Of a stretch of DNA of 64,000 nucleotides, positions 38,347 through 52,184 are shown one piece after another. Below the pieces are notes generated by a model. That model had not been told where the DNA came from, searched no databases, and was given only the letters and a program-made list of their open reading frames with translations. The stretch spans positions 122,120 through 186,119 of the forward strand of contig MU054194.1 of the NCBI GenBank assembly GCA_013239625.1, in the 5' to 3' direction. The stretch's first letter is position 1. Each line of letters opens with the position of its first letter. The stretch comes from Lama guanicoe (Eukaryota). A program made the translations under genes and the position numbers.

Positions 38347-39248
38347 TAGAATAGCCCTTTCAATATTTCCTTTAGCGTGAGTTTAGTGTTGCTAAACTCC
38401 TGCAGCTTTTTTTTTTTTTGTGAAACTCTTTATTTCTCCTTCTATCCTTAAGGATAGCCTTGCTGGATAAAGTATCCTAGGCTGCATCTTTTTTTTCATT
38501 CAGGGCTTTGAATATATCTTGAAACTCCCTTCTGGCCTGTAGTGTTTGTGTAGAGAAATCAGCTGAGAGCCTTATGGGGGTTCCCTTGTAATTCACTCTT
38601 TGCTTTTCTCTTGCTGCCTTTAGAATCATTTATTTATCCTTGACTCTGGCCATCTTGATGATGATATGTCTTGGTGTGGGTCTATTTGGATTCTTCCTGT
38701 TTGGGACCCTCTGAGCTTCCTGTACTTGGATATCTGATTCCTTCCTTAACTTGGGGAAGTTTTCAGTCATGATTTCTTCAAAAACCTTTTCAATCCCCTT
38801 TGATCCTTCTTCCCCTTCTGGGACCCCTAGTATGTGAAGATTGGGACGCTGTATATTATCCCATAGGTCCCTTATGCTATTTTCATTATTTTTTATTTGC
38901 TTATCTTGTAGTTCTTCTGAATGGGTTCTTTCAAATGTCCTGTTTTCTAGATCACTAATTTGTTCCTCTGCATTATCTTGTCGGCTGTGCACAGCTATTA
39001 GATCATTCCTCATCTCTGTCAATGGGTTTCCCCATTCTACTTGGCTCTTCTTTATAGCTTCAATTTCATTTTTGACATATTTTATATCTCTAAACACTAT
39101 CTTTTAATTCCTTCAGCAATTTGATCACTCCTTTTTTGACATCTTGATCTAGTAGGCTATCGATGTCTATTTCATTGATCTTTCTTTCAGGGGATTCCTC
39201 TTGTTCTTTTAATTGGGAAAGGTTTCTCTGTTTCTTCATCTTGCTCAT
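38347..39248 (-). pseudogene. L1 ORF1p, frameshifted
   Basis: MSKMKKQRN... start, coiled coil, RDLWDNIQRPNLHILGVPEGEE, ENFPKL, PRHIIIKM. Confidence 0.9.
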
Positions 39249-41828
39249 ACCTCTCTGGCACTGTGGTTTATGGAATATCAGTTGTCTATTTTGGATCTTA
39301 AAAATTTTATCTATCTAATGCCTATTTAGGAATAGAACTAAGAAAAAAAAGAAAAAAAGAAGAGAGAGAGAAAGAATTTTTAAAAAAGGGAGAAAGAGGG
39401 TTTGAAAACAGTGTATAATGAATAATAGAAGAGCTAGTTGAAGCAGAGTATTAATCGGGTTGAGACGTCCTTTTAAAACCTTTTAAAAAAAAGGGGAGGT
39501 GGGGAGATGAATAGATGTATTTGAAACCTGTGTCTAATCAATAACAGGACATCAAAACCCAAGAGAAATAAAAATGAATTAAGAAGTAAAAATTAAGAGA
39601 GTAATAGAAAATAGAACAGGTAAAAACAGATTTAAAAAAAAGGGGGGTTCGGTGTTCTTCTGGAGTCTGTGTGCTTTTAATGTGAAGTCTTTGTGTCTTC
39701 GTCCTGTTTTGGAAGCTCAGCTTGTGGTTTTCAGAGGTCCTCCATTGGCGCCCTCTTCTGTGCTGCTCCCAGCATCTGTTGGCAAGCAGATCGCACCTCC
39801 TCCTAACAGGGGATCAGGTGCAGCTCTCCTCTGCTATGGGCGGGCAGGTCGCTGCCCCTCCGGATGCCGCAGTCAGTTGTTGCAGACTGGCCAGATAGGA
39901 GGCGGGTCGTGCCCCCTCCCAGCACCTCGGTCAGGGGCTGTGTTCCTGCTTGAAAGGCGGGGGGGGGGCGCTCTCCCAGTACCTGCACCGCTGGTAGCTC
40001 CGCTGCTCTGTGCGGCTGTGTGCTCCGCCCTGGTCTGCGCTCCGCCCTGGTCGGCGCTCCGCAGGTGGGCTCGGGGAAGACCGAGGGACAGCCTTGTCCC
40101 TGCTCGGAGCCAAAACCCAGCTCCTTGTTTGTCTTTGTGGAGCAAGTTCTCTGAGGGACCAGGATGAAAGGATCCTATCTGCCCCGGGCTGTAGGCCCGT
40201 CTCAGTCTGGCCTTTCAGGCTGCTGAGCCCTTCAGTGTGGATGCAGATTTCGTCCCCGCCTGGGTGCTCAGCACTGGAGGATATGGCGGCTGTGCCTGAG
40301 CCCCGCCTCTCTTCCCCTGAAAAGTTTCCTAGGGTTTTCAAAAATGGGGTATGCACCCTTCCCCCGAGAGCACATCAACCTTGCTGTTTTATGGAGGGCC
40401 CAGGTTGTTCTGCCCTGTGCACCCACAGCCATGGCGCCCAGCCCCTTGCAGTCCCCTGGGGCTGCCTCCGTGCAGCTGCCCCCGTCCTCCGCCCGGCTTG
40501 TGCAGCCTGGCCCTGCCCGCCGCTGCCAGCCCACGTCTCAGGCTGGGTGTTGGGGGGACGCTCTCTGCCCGTTTAACTTAGTTCTGTCAGACAAGGGCCA
40601 CTCTGTAGAGATCCGAGCCTCGGAGGCTCCCCCTCCGTCCCGCTGGCCTCTCAGTTGGAGAGGGGAGACCCAGCGAGCGAGCGCCAGTCCTCCTTTGCCG
40701 CGCTCCCTCCCCGCGGGACCGGTTCCGCGCTGCTTTGCCTTTTGTTCTTTCTTTTTTCCTTTTCTCCTACCAGATTTTTGGCGTCTTTATCTTTTGAAGA
40801 GGGCGATGTTCTGTCGGAGTTCCGCAGGTGCTCTGATTGGCTGAGTGGGTCTGTAGATGTGGGTCTTGGTGTATTTGTGGGAGAGGGTGACTTACGAGCG
40901 TCCTTCTACTCCGCCATCTTCTCCGTCTCTCTCTCTCAGAGTGTTGTTGTTGGCCCAAGGCTTGTTTTAATATAAGGCATTGTTTTTCATCACCAAAAAA
41001 AAAAAATTCCTTAATTTAAGGTGCTGTGTTTTTATGGCTGGCTAGTCTTGAATGGTGAATGGATATTAATAGAGCTTTCCTTAACCTTACTCCTTCTTTT
41101 CGCCATAAGTCGAATTCATTGAGAAGCATATTTTTACCATTTCTCAGATGGGCTTCCGCTTTGACTTTCGCTTTAAACCATAACCCCACTCTTTTTCTCC
41201 ATGCTTATTCCTGAAAAAGTGAGCTCTCTATCGTATTAAAGGTGGTTCCAATCAGAGATGTGTGGCTCCCTGTCCAAAGGTCCAAAGGAAGAGAAAAGGA
41301 AAGATTCCTGTTTCTGTTGGTTACATTTTGTCAAGTTAGAGATCTAGTTATCCTTGTGGCTGCGGTGGAATCTGCAATATCTTGGCTCAGACTTTCCTTT
41401 TTCTGGCTTACTAGGGGAGCCGCATTAGCTGAGGTCACAGCACTGTGGCCGTGGTCAGGATCCCGGGGCTGAGCCAGCCCCTCTCCCTCGTTATTTTGAT
41501 CTCGCAAACTGGGTCCCAGCTATGTGAACCCTGCACCTGGTGGCCAGGATTGCCCCCAATGTGACGTGTCCCCAGTTCCTTGGCATCACTCTCTGCTATC
41601 ACCTAGCTCCAGGAAGGGTATGATCTGGTTTCCACTGCGGTCCTTCCTCCTTCCTCTCCAGGCAGGCCCTCCTTCCCCCTAGTTGGCCCTAAGCCTTCTC
41701 TCCTGTGCTACATACACTGAAGGAATTCCTCAGCGTTTCCAGCAGGTAGATGGCGCTCTTCTATGTTTGGACCACTTTAGTGCTTGCAGTGGGTATTTAG
41801 GAGGTGGAAAGGAAGAGCTTGGGGGTTT

Positions 41829-42281
41829 TCCATATCTAGGGGCTCCCTATCCAGCAGATTCAACTAACTGTGGATTGAAAATATTCAGGAAAAAGCAAAG
41901 TTTCAAAAAGCAACACTTGAATTTGCCATATACTGGCAACTACTTACATAGCATTCATGTTGTATTAGATACCATGAGTAATCTAGAGATAATTTAAAGT
42001 ACACAGGAGGACACAGTGAAACAGAAAGTGACAACGAATATATGTGTATATTCATGTATAACTGAAAACTTGTGCTGTATGCTGGAATGTGATGCATCAT
42101 TGTAAAATGACTATAACTCATTAAAAAAAGTTTGTATATATAAAAAAAGTACATGGGAGAATGTACATGAGTTCCCATGCAAGTCCTATGTCATTTTATA
42201 CAAGAGGCGTCAGCATCCATGAATGTTGACGTCTGGGGGGAGTCCTGGAACCAGTGCCCCATGGTTACCAAGGGATGACTG
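41829..42281 (+). mobile_element. TcMar-Tigger (MER2-like) MITE with a short L1 3' end inserted (~42015-42130)
   Basis: GATTCAACTAACTGTGGATTGAAAATATT and terminal GTCCTGGAACCAGTGCCCCATGGTTACCAAGGGATGACTG. Confidence 0.6.
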
Positions 42282-42494
42282 GAAGTCCAGGCTCCTTATC
42301 CCAGCCTGTCACGTCCCTACGTGGTCTGAATCCTACCTGTACCACACTTTCCTTGTCACTCTCCTCCAGCCCTGGCAGACTGCCCTCTGATTCTTGAACA
42401 GGCCACACTCACTGCACTTCATGTCTGGCCCCCAAAATAACCGTTACATTCTGAGCATGACTCTGCTGTCACAAAACGGATTGCATTGTCACTA

Positions 42495-42965
42495 GAGAAG
42501 ACAGTGTGGAATTTCCTTTAAAACCTGAAAATGGACTTAACTCATGATCCAGCCTTCCCACTCCTGGGCATATGTCAGAAGAAAACTCTAATTCAAAAAG
42601 TCTCATGCACCTCAATGCTCACAGCAGCATTATTTATAATAGCCAGGTCATGGCAACAACCCAAATGTCCATTGACAGGTGACTGGATAAAGAAGTAGTA
42701 GTATATTTATACAATGGAATACTACTCAGCCATGAAAAAACAAAATAATGTCATTTGCAGCAACATGGATGGACGTAGAGATATTCATTCTAAGTGAAGT
42801 AAGCCAGAAAAAGAGAAAAATGCCATATGATATTATTTATATGTGGAATCTAAGAAAAGACACAAATGAACTTAACTACAAAAGAGAAACAGACCCACAG
42901 ACATAGAGAAACAAACTTATGGTACCAGCAAGAGAAGGGGATGGGAAGGGATAAATATGGGAATT
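42495..42965 (+). mobile_element. L1 ORF2 end/3' UTR fragment
   Basis: ACAATGGAATACTACTCAGCC, GCAGCAACATGGATGGAC, AAGTGAAGTAAGCCAG. Confidence 0.85.
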
Positions 42966-45237
42966 CGAAAAGTGCCCCCCTTGCGGAGTGATGGAAATGT
43001 TAGCTATCTTGATCATGGTGATGGTTTTCTGGCTGTAGACATCTATCAAATCCATCAAATAGTACATGTGAAATATGTGTATTTTACTGTACAGGAATCA
43101 TACCACAGTAAAGGTGCCTGTAAAAAAACAAGAAAAGATTGGCGGCATTGTGTCCTATGTTTTTATGTGTCTTCAGTGAGTGGGTCTTCAAGTTTCTGGT
43201 CTGCCATATTTTCTGAACCAGAAGTGCCCTCCTTCCCTTTTCTTTGGTAAACTGTCAGTGGGTGGCATTTTTTCCCGTGGCTTCAACTGCTCTCTGTCCA
43301 CTGATTAACTGTCAAGTCTTTTCCAGTATGGACATCTCATTTCAGTCCCAGAAATATACTTATAATTGACAAGTAGACATCCTCACTTGATTAGCCCATA
43401 AAAATCTCAAGCTCTGTATGTTTGAATTTACACTCGCTCAGAACTAGGTTTACTTTTTCAAACAATGGCATCACTATCCCATCTGTTTTCCGTGACATAC
43501 ATCTGAGAGTTTTCCTTTACTTTTCCACTCCCTCACCCCCATCAGTACTACACTTCTATTCCTTAATGTCCCCTAACTAAGTCCCTGCTCCTCGCTCCCC
43601 ACTGCATTAATTCACACCCCTTGCTAGTCTCCCCAGTGCTGTTCTTTAGAGTGAACAATCCACTTTTCTCACTTTTAATGGCTAATCTGTGTCACTTTCC
43701 TCCTTAAAACCCCAAAGAACTCCCCGCTGCGTATGTGAGGAAATCCAAGCTCCATGATTTAACGTTACACTTTCTCATCACCTAGTTGCTGCTTTTTTTC
43801 AGCCTCAGCTTCCATTAGTTCCTCACAGCCTCTAGCCTCACTGACCTTCCACCCCTAAGTGCAAAGTGCTCTTAGACACGACCAGATCTCTGGACGAGAC
43901 ACACAAGCTGCGGAGAATCCCGTCCCCACCATGCAGTCTTCTGGTCTGGAGATTTGCTGGAATCCATCAGATGTCAGTGCAGAAAGCATTTCCTTTCTGA
44001 CACCTTCCCTACCTTCTAGAACCCTGCCCCAGGCAGTGCAAGAGCCCCTCTGAACATTCAGTATACATGATGCCAAGTGACTCTTGCCACATTGTTTTGA
44101 AAACCTATTTAAATTTGTCTCTTCCACGACACACTGTGATCTCCTTGAGGGATGGGGGCTGTGTGGTATTTGTCTAGACAGCTAATGTCTGGCACAGACC
44201 CCGGGCCATCGGAAACAGTCTGCTGACTCATCAAGAAGAATTGTCGTCTTTGCAACGTAAGAAAGACTACATTATCTCTGATCTTACACCATCCGGCAAG
44301 GGTCAAAATAATGTCACATACAACTACACAGGCAAAATATGTGTATTCTTTTCCTCTTTGTGAGCCCGAGATCATAGGCATCCTGGAACGTAGGTGTCAC
44401 TCTAAGCTGTCTGTCCCCTAGACTGTCAACATATTTTTTAGAAGTTGTAGGGATACGTGTACATCACCCTGTCTTACAGCAAACGGTGCTTCAGCCTGAC
44501 CAAGATTAATGTTCATATAAAAATCAGAAATCTTCCAAACTGAAACCTGAAGAAACATTTCCCTTATCTCCTTCCAGTCTGTCTGCCATCTGCATCCCAC
44601 ATCCCCACTGCTCATCTGCGTCAGGCCACCTTCTATCTAGAAACATTTTCGGAGGGACACTTGGAAGAGAACTAATTCCAGCAGTCATGAAAATGGTCCC
44701 ATGAACATAGGCTCTGCACAACAAGGATGATTTGACCGGAGGCCTCAGCCATGGCCTGCAGGGTCTGTTCACGTGTTCTGCCTGGCTTCCCTGCAGACGT
44801 TCTGCAGAAAATCAAGCCTGCAGTTAAAGTCATAGAAGGCCAAAGAAATCCAGAGAAATGGAGTGAGATTCATCTCCTTGGGAACATTTTTGAAAACCAT
44901 CCACTAATAGGAAGAAGAGCTTTAAGAGGTTCGTTTCAGAGCAGATGATGTCCAACTGCATGTGGGTCAGGTTTTTCATTGTTGCTCGCTAGTTGGCTTT
45001 CTGCTGCTTCTAACACACCTCTGTTTAGAGAAGTGGCCTGAGTCGGCCCTCAGAGCAGAAAGGTGTGCTGGGCCTGGCGACAGCCTAGCTCCTCTGCTGT
45101 GTAGTAACCCGCTGAGAAGGAAGGGATGGCCCAGGGCTTCCTCTGTCTCTCCCTTAGTTACAAACTCTATGAAGGGAAAATGGAACAAAAAATTTAATTC
45201 AATATGGTATTGTCAAAGTATAAAAATAATTGTCTTT

Positions 45238-45400
45238 GGAGGGGATGGTATAGTTCAAGGGGTAGAGTACGTGATGGGTTCAAGTCGCTATACCTCAATG
45301 TAGAAAAGTAATAAGATAAATTCTTTAAAAAAAAGAAAAAGAACAAAGAAGAAAAGAGATCTCAAACAACCCAAGTTCAAAAAGAAAAGAAAGTCTTTTA
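45238..45400 (+). mobile_element. Internally deleted Vic-1-type SINE
   Basis: GGGATGGTATAGTTCAAGGGGTAGAGT..GGGTTCAAGTC plus an A-rich tail. Confidence 0.55.
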
Positions 45401-45639
45401 AAAATATTAGTCAGCTCGGTCTTTTGCTAGATTAGGAGTTTGGGATTAACAGATACACACTAGTATGTATAAAATAAATAACCAACTCCCAGGTCCTTAA
45501 TAACCTAGTTCAACCTGAATCCTTTCTCTTTTTTCCCCTAAACAACCCGTGGAAGCCTCTGAAATTCTCATCTTATAAAAGAATTCATTTAAAGGCGGTT
45601 TCAATGTTATTGGTTAAAACAGTTATTTGTGGTTCCATG

Positions 45640-46360
45640 AATATAGGTCTAGTAAGAAAAACAGACAATAAACCAGTAAGCAAATAAATATATGATGTAC
45701 TGCCAGGTACTAATAATTGCCACAAAGAAACATAAAGCATATTAGGAGAGAAAATGTTTGAATAGGAAATATGTGTGTGCTATTTTAAATAATGTGGTCA
45801 GATAAGACCTCTCTGAAGGTAAAATAATTTGGACAAAGTTCTGAATGAAGCAAATGAATAAGCCACATAGGTAACAGACAAGAAAAGCCTCCCAGGCCGG
45901 GAGAAGTGTAAGTACGAGACTTGGAGTTACAAACACAGCTGTCCTGGTGGGGACCATCTAGTCGGTGAAGATGGGCTGGAGCAGAACGGTGAGAACTGAG
46001 GCTGCAGAGACGGGTGAGGGTCCGGATCACACAGGGCCTTGGTAGGGACTCTGGATATCCTTCTGAGTACAATGGAAAATCACGAGAGTATTTTGCAAAG
46101 CGGAACAACTTGATCTGATTCATACTGTAATGAGACCGCTGTGGGTAACATATGGGGAATAAGCAATGGAAGCAGGGCAAAGTAAGCTGATGGGAAGCCA
46201 ATGGGAAGTGTGCTGCTGACCTGGAGAGAGACACCGAGATTGGGCTGGGATGATGGCAGGAGACGGGCTGAAAGTGGGACACGATTTGACAGGAATGGTC
46301 ACAGGCCTTAATGCTCGAGTTGGACACAGACACAGAGTGGTTCAGGGTGATGGGTATGTG
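45640..46360 (-). mobile_element. LINE-2 fragment
   Basis: L2-like motifs (GTGGTCAGATAAGACCTCTCTGA, GGATCACACAGGGCCTTG, GATTTGACAGGA). Confidence 0.55.
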
Positions 46361-48549
46361 ATATTTGGGGCTGAGTCACAGTTTTTGTGCAGAGATCTGA
46401 CAGGAGAATAAAGTGGGGACGTTGATGTCGGTAAGAAGTGTTGGTGGGTGTTGAATTCCCTTTAGAGCCGCGTCTCTGTTTCTCTGTAGATGAAGTCAGC
46501 AGAGCAGGGATGGGTGTTCCTACTTCTGCAGAGAATTGCGTGTCCTCCTCATCGACAAATTCGAGAGGCCGACCTGCCCATCCAATTGCAACATCTTGAA
46601 TCTGCTTCTTTCTATCCAGGAGTAGATTTCCAGCTAAGATGCCAATCAAAAATTCCCGTGTCCAGGATTAGAGCTGTGTGCCTTTGGGATGATCTCAGAG
46701 ATGCCTCTACAGAGGCTTGGTGTGCTCTCTCTCCCTCAGAGCACACAGTTCCCTTCAGTCCGCTGGGTCTCAGCAGAGAAGATTTCACAAATAGCCCCTC
46801 TCAGGCCCTGGGGACCAACCTCTCGCTTGGCCGAGCTCTGAAAATGAGCACGAGTTCCAGGCAAAGGGCCTTCTCCAGGGCGCCATCTGGCAGAATACAT
46901 GAGGACAGTGTACAAAAGAGTGGGAGGGTTGATGGTATAAATGGATTTTAATTTTTGCTCTGAATCTGATTCTGTCCCTCCGTTTTGTTAAAGAAGTGTT
47001 CTTAGGCCAGACATGATTCTCCTTTTTCTTTCTATTTGATCATCCAAGATGTTTAGATAGGATATTTGTTTTAGGGGTAGAATCTTAAAAAAAATAAAAA
47101 AAACCTTGCATATAGCGTCTTTTTAGGCATTTGGACAAGTAAATTCTCCCAGCAGTATTGAACCCCCTTGTTCCTCCATGGGGTCTCCAAAGGTATACAT
47201 GTTCCAATTCTGACCGAAAACCAATGAGCCTTTTCTTTTTTTTAAGCACTTCACCATGGACAAAAGATGTCATTAAAGAAGGTGAGAAAAGAGCAGGTCC
47301 CCATCAACCAGAGTCCCTCCCAAAGAGCCCACAGAAGTAAAGAGGAGATGAACAAGAGAAACGGTTTATTTATACACACGCAGGAGCCAACCAGAAAAGT
47401 AACTGCCATGTTAAATGGTGAAAGTTAAAGGCTTTTTTTATCAACCTAACTTGATAGGGCAAAGGGAGAGGAGAGAATTGGCTTCCATGACAGGTTTTCT
47501 TCAACATCTATTGAATCTCATGTATCTTCAGCTTAAAGTGCTTTTGTATTAACCATGGGTTCCATCTGACTTTCCACTCCTCGAACTTTGTTCTTCTTTT
47601 TCAAGATTCACTCATGTATTCTGAGCCCCTGGATTTTCCATGTGAATTTTAGGTTGATTGTCAATTCCTGCAAAACACCACCTGGGATTTGGGTAGGCAT
47701 TCTTTGAATCCTAAGATCTATTCATGGACTATTGTCATCTTAGTAGAATGAAGCCTTCTGCTCCATGAATATGGGATTAATTTCTGTGAATGTAGGTCTT
47801 AATTTCTCTCAACAGAATCTCTCATCTATTGTAGGCTTCAGTGTCCAAGTCTGGTACTTCTTCCTCACCTTTATTGGATGCTGATTCATAACAGACACGA
47901 CCTCCTGGAGAACCTCTGCTGCCACGGAGCTAACATGGAACTGGGTCCTGAGAAGGATTTGTTCTTTACGGATTCTTAACTCCTGTAGAATTCATATTTT
48001 AGTCTCATAAATGCTTATTTTCCTCATAATAAATCTTTTAAAAATAGGATTAATGTACTTTACTCAATAAATGAGTAATGAATGGTTTACATTAACATAG
48101 GATTTTAATCCTTTTAGAATTAGTAGAGTAATACAGACACATTACAAAAAAAAAGAATTATTACCTTAAAGAGAAGAGATTTGTATATCCCACCCACAGA
48201 GGTGACTGTCATGAATGATTTGGTGCTTATCTCTCAGTCTCTGTGTCTCTCAGTATGTCTCTCTCCATCTCTGTCTCTCACACACTCACAATCAGATTCA
48301 TTTACATCTATGTTGATTTCACACATATGTGGTCATGCAGATGGGACCCTGGATGCAGACGCTGGGTCTGCATACTTCCACCCTGAGGCCTCCCTTGGCA
48401 TTGGGTTGAGACCAGGCACCCACTTTTCCAACTGCACAGCATTCATTCATCTACGTGAACCAGAACAAATGGGCCCCATCCCCTCTCCATTTACCTTAGT
48501 GTTGCTTTAATTCCAACTATTTCGACCAGTGCTGTGCTGAACACCCTTG

Positions 48550-49560
48550 AAAAGACATCTTTGAATAGGTGTGCAAGGACTTTTGTGGAATGAACTCTAA
48601 AGTTCCTGGGGAAGGGATGCACCTGTGGCCCTTTGATGCGTGCTGAACCCTGTTCTCCCAGAGAGGAGTGTCCATTCACTCTTTCCTCCAGGGTATCTGC
48701 TGGAGCCTCTGCTTGCTCACATTGTCACCAGGGCTGGTTGTCACCTGACTAAATGCCTGTCAGTGTGATGGTGACAAGTGTTGTTTCCATAGTGTATCCA
48801 TCTGCCTGTGTCCTCACCTAAGAGATCAAGCATCTCTAACACACACTGGCCACCTACACTGCCTCTCTTTGGAACTGCCCATGTCTGTTCTGTTCCTGTT
48901 TAGAACACTGGATTTCGAGAGATTTTTGGGCTACAGAGATGTGAAAACTTTCTCCAACCTTGGGTTATGAGAAGCGCTTTTTCCAGGTTGTGGTTTGTCT
49001 TTCCAGCTTTTTTTCTCGGATTTTGCTTGTTTTTTTCATTTGTTTGGTTTTGTTTTTGCCACAGGAAGAGCTAAGAATCTCCTTTCTGTCTTCTGGCTGT
49101 GGTGTCACAGGGCGAACAGCAGTGTCTACCCTGAGATTATGCACAGAGTTACTTAAAGGGCTTCATTTTGTACACCACATCTTTAATCCCCCTGGATTTC
49201 CCTTTAAAATAATAAAAATGTTATTTCAAGTGAAAGCAAACAAACAAAAAAATCACCAGCCCCAACTTAAAACATGTGGGCAGGCACAAAAAGACACCTT
49301 TCATAAAGTTTCATTGACAGGGAACACCCAGAAGAGGTAAAGACACCCAGAGAGTAAGAGGACTTGGGGTTGTCAGGGGCTGGGGTAGGGAGGAAGGGAA
49401 GTGCACGCTCTGGCTCCAGGGTTTTACTTTGAGGAAAGAAATAGTGTGAAACTAGATGGTAGTGATGGTCGCACATCATTGTGAATGCACCTAATGCTCC
49501 TGAATTGCACAATTTAAAAGGGAAAAAGTCTGTATTTTATTACAGGAAACTTTAAAAAGA
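48550..49560. repeat. ~1-kb segment duplicated at ~52185-53160 (copy 1)
   Basis: Collinear matches such as CTGGGGAAGGGATGCACCTGTGGC, GCTTTTTCCAGGTTGTGGTTTGTCTTTCCAGCT and CATTGTGAATGCACCTAATGC. Confidence 0.92.
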
Positions 49561-51050
49561 AAAGTAAAATGTGAAACAAACAAAAGAAGGTAAAGAAAAA
49601 CCAAACAAAAACATCTCCAGCGGAAGGGAAGTCAAGTTTGGGTGGGGGAGGGGACTGATGGGATTTTGGAGAAGAAAGTGTGGGTGGGTGCAGGGGGGGC
49701 TTTGCCCCAGGTGGTGGTGATGCCTGAACTGGTTCTCCGTTGCCCAGCAGTCCAGGTGCAGGTGCAGGTTCAGGAGGAGCTGCAGGAGCTGCAGGAGGGA
49801 GCTTGGGGTCTCCTGCTTGATCTAGATCATCCTTTTTTTGGTCTCTGACATCTTCCTCTGCCCCTGCCTGCTCTGGATCTGTAACTGTTGGAAGTGGAGA
49901 GAGTTTTAAGTCTTGTGGAAGTGCTTATGCTGTGAGAGAGGAAAAATTTACCCACGTGTCTCCCTTTCCATGTGCATCTTCAAAGACGGAAATCTTCCCA
50001 GAGCTTTCCAGACAGCTCCCACCCAGAAAGTGCCCACAGAATGTGTTCTGTGACTGAATTCTTCCAGAAAGGTGGTCTGAGGCCATTCTTTGCTCTGGTC
50101 CGAACAGTAGCCTCTGGGGACGCCTCCCTGTGTGACCCAACCTTCGCACCTCACTCACCTACACACATTCACCAGCCCTGGCCTTCTCACCTTCAGGCTC
50201 TGCTTCGGGGGCTCCTGGTCCTCCACCTAACTTGCAGCGAGGTGGGCACGCTGCTCCAGGCCAGAGCCGGGTGTGCTGAGCTGCCCGTCAGCCCCGGGTA
50301 GGTCCCTTGGGAGAGCCCTGGGTGATGTCTGGGTTGGAGGCCTGCCCCATTCATTTCTGGGCCATCGTGGTGGGGAACCCTCCATATCTAGACTCACCTG
50401 GAGCCTGCGCTGGCCCTCAGAAGTGTGGCACACCAGCCCCTCTCTTGGGGAGGTGGCGTGGGTGTTCTTATCCATCAGCACCTGTTCAATATGTGGTGTC
50501 TGGCTCTGCAATGACAGTGACCAGCAGCTGGCCCAGCCTGGAATTCTCAGATCCCTGCCCGGCCAGAAACACTCCTGCTTCTGTCCACTCGACCCTCTGC
50601 TGCCAGATCAGACTGGGACCTTGTTCAGCTCACACAGTCACCCGGGAGGGAAGAGACATACCCAGACAGCATGGGCTCTACTTCAGGCAGTAGGGCCCTG
50701 CCCTGGCTCTCCACATCCCAGCCAGCCAGCTTTGACCTGGGTTGTGGATGTGACCGGCCCCCCAGCCCTCTGACCTGCTCTTGCTTGAGGCAGAAACCCA
50801 TCCCCAACATGACTGCCCCACCTCCACCAGCCAGGAAGGGGCCGTGGGGCCACCTGGGTGGAATTTGAGTGGTGGCCCAGCCTGGGTGGGCCTGCCCTGG
50901 GCCTCCTTGTGTTACCTTTGGGTATCTCTGGCCAAAAGGCCGGAGGCACCTGGGGTGAGACCAGGCCCAGTGTTGGCACCATTGGTAAAGCCCCTTGGTG
51001 CAGGCTTTCTGAAGGCCATGACTTCAGGATGTTGACATGCAGCAGAACAT
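49536..51050 (-). pseudogene. Four-exon CDRT15-like / RalGDS-like N-terminal ('MFxCC') family pseudogene
   Basis: Exon 1 51050-50916: MFCCMSTS*SHGLQKACTKGLYQWCQHWAWSHPRCLRPFGQRYPK|GTAAC. Exon 2 50505-50398: SQTPHIEQVLMDK..CHTSEGQRRLQ|GTGAGT. Exon 3 from 50328 (TAG at 50227). Exon 4 from 49884: (V)TDPEQAGAEEDVRD..PAAPPEPAPAP. AATAAA at 49536-49541. Family assignment is from memory of the motif. Confidence 0.75.
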
Positions 51051-52184
51051 GCCTCTGTCTCCAACCAAGTGAGCTGAGTAGGGGCTTCCCTACAGAGTGG
51101 GTGCCTGGTGACCTCGGTTCCAAGTTGTTGTGCTCTATTGCCAGGGAAGTGATGTCACTTCTTGGGTCCCCTTCCCCAGGCTCCCTCCTTAAGCAAAGCT
51201 CCACAAGGGACATTCTGGGCTGCCAATGGCTCACTTCCCAGCCCATGTCATGTCCTCACACAGTGACACCAACTCAGCCCCCCGCCCAATAGCCCTGGGG
51301 AGTCCTGGATGCAGCCAGGGCCGCAGCTCTGAGGACACAGACCTGGCTCCCCCCACTCAGCAGTGCTGTCAGCCTGGACAAGCCACGTCCCTCTCATGGT
51401 CTCCCCAGTCCCCCGTCTGCACAGTGGGGATCATTCTGGCCCCTGCTTCCTAGAGAAGCCATCCTGTCTGTAGACCAAGAAACACCTACTGCACCTGTCA
51501 CCCCCATGGGCTGTAATCACAGGGAGCTTATGCACAGACTTAACAAAGGATGGACCCCACAGAGGGCTGGGGGAGCACAGAGCACATGCCACACAGACCG
51601 GGGTCTGCCCTGGGGTCTGGAGAAAGTCACTTTCCTTGCTGCTTGCTTCCCAGCTCCCGGTCGTGGGATTGAAATTAAATACAACTCTGACATCGTCCGC
51701 TCTGGCATACAACCTCCTAGGTCATTCTGTCATGTTGACATACAGGCCCATTGTCCCATCTCGGCCTCTGTGGTGGGCTGCCCCACAATGTCTTCCTGTT
51801 TTTTGCCTTCTGGTCACACGTCCTTGTGTGATCCCCACACCCTCCCCTGGAGGGTGGATGGACATTGGGACCAGGTTCTGACACGTAGACTGACTTGTGA
51901 AAAATGTGCGTGAGTTCCACTCATTCCCAGCTTCAGTGTTCATTTTCTCTGTCTGTCTCTCAGTGCCTCTCTCTCTGTCTTGTCTCTCTCTCTGTTTCTC
52001 TGTCTCCCTCTGCTTCTCTGTTTTCCTGGATGTATGTGTGTATATATTTATGTGTCTATGTGTGTATATATTTATGTGTATATGTGTGTATTTATATGTG
52101 TTTATTGTTAGGGCCCAGGGAAGGTCACTTCTAAAAATGCCTTGATGACATATTAATTATTTTGAATTCATGTTACTGAAGAAA

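Larger units (their letters stand above)
33948..40932 (-). mobile_element. Full-length degenerate LINE-1
   Basis: 5' end GAGAGAGACGGAGAAGATGGCGG (YY1-type motif), CpG-rich 5' UTR, ORF1/ORF2 remnants and A tail. Approximate 16-bp TSD CTCTCAGcGgGTTGTT (33932) / CTCTCAGaGtGTTGTT (40933). Confidence 0.95.

Noticed and set aside
39652..40975. Long antisense ORFs in the L1 5' UTR (ORF0-like)
   Set aside because: Several overlapping frames are open, as expected for GC-rich DNA, and none has a recognisable motif.
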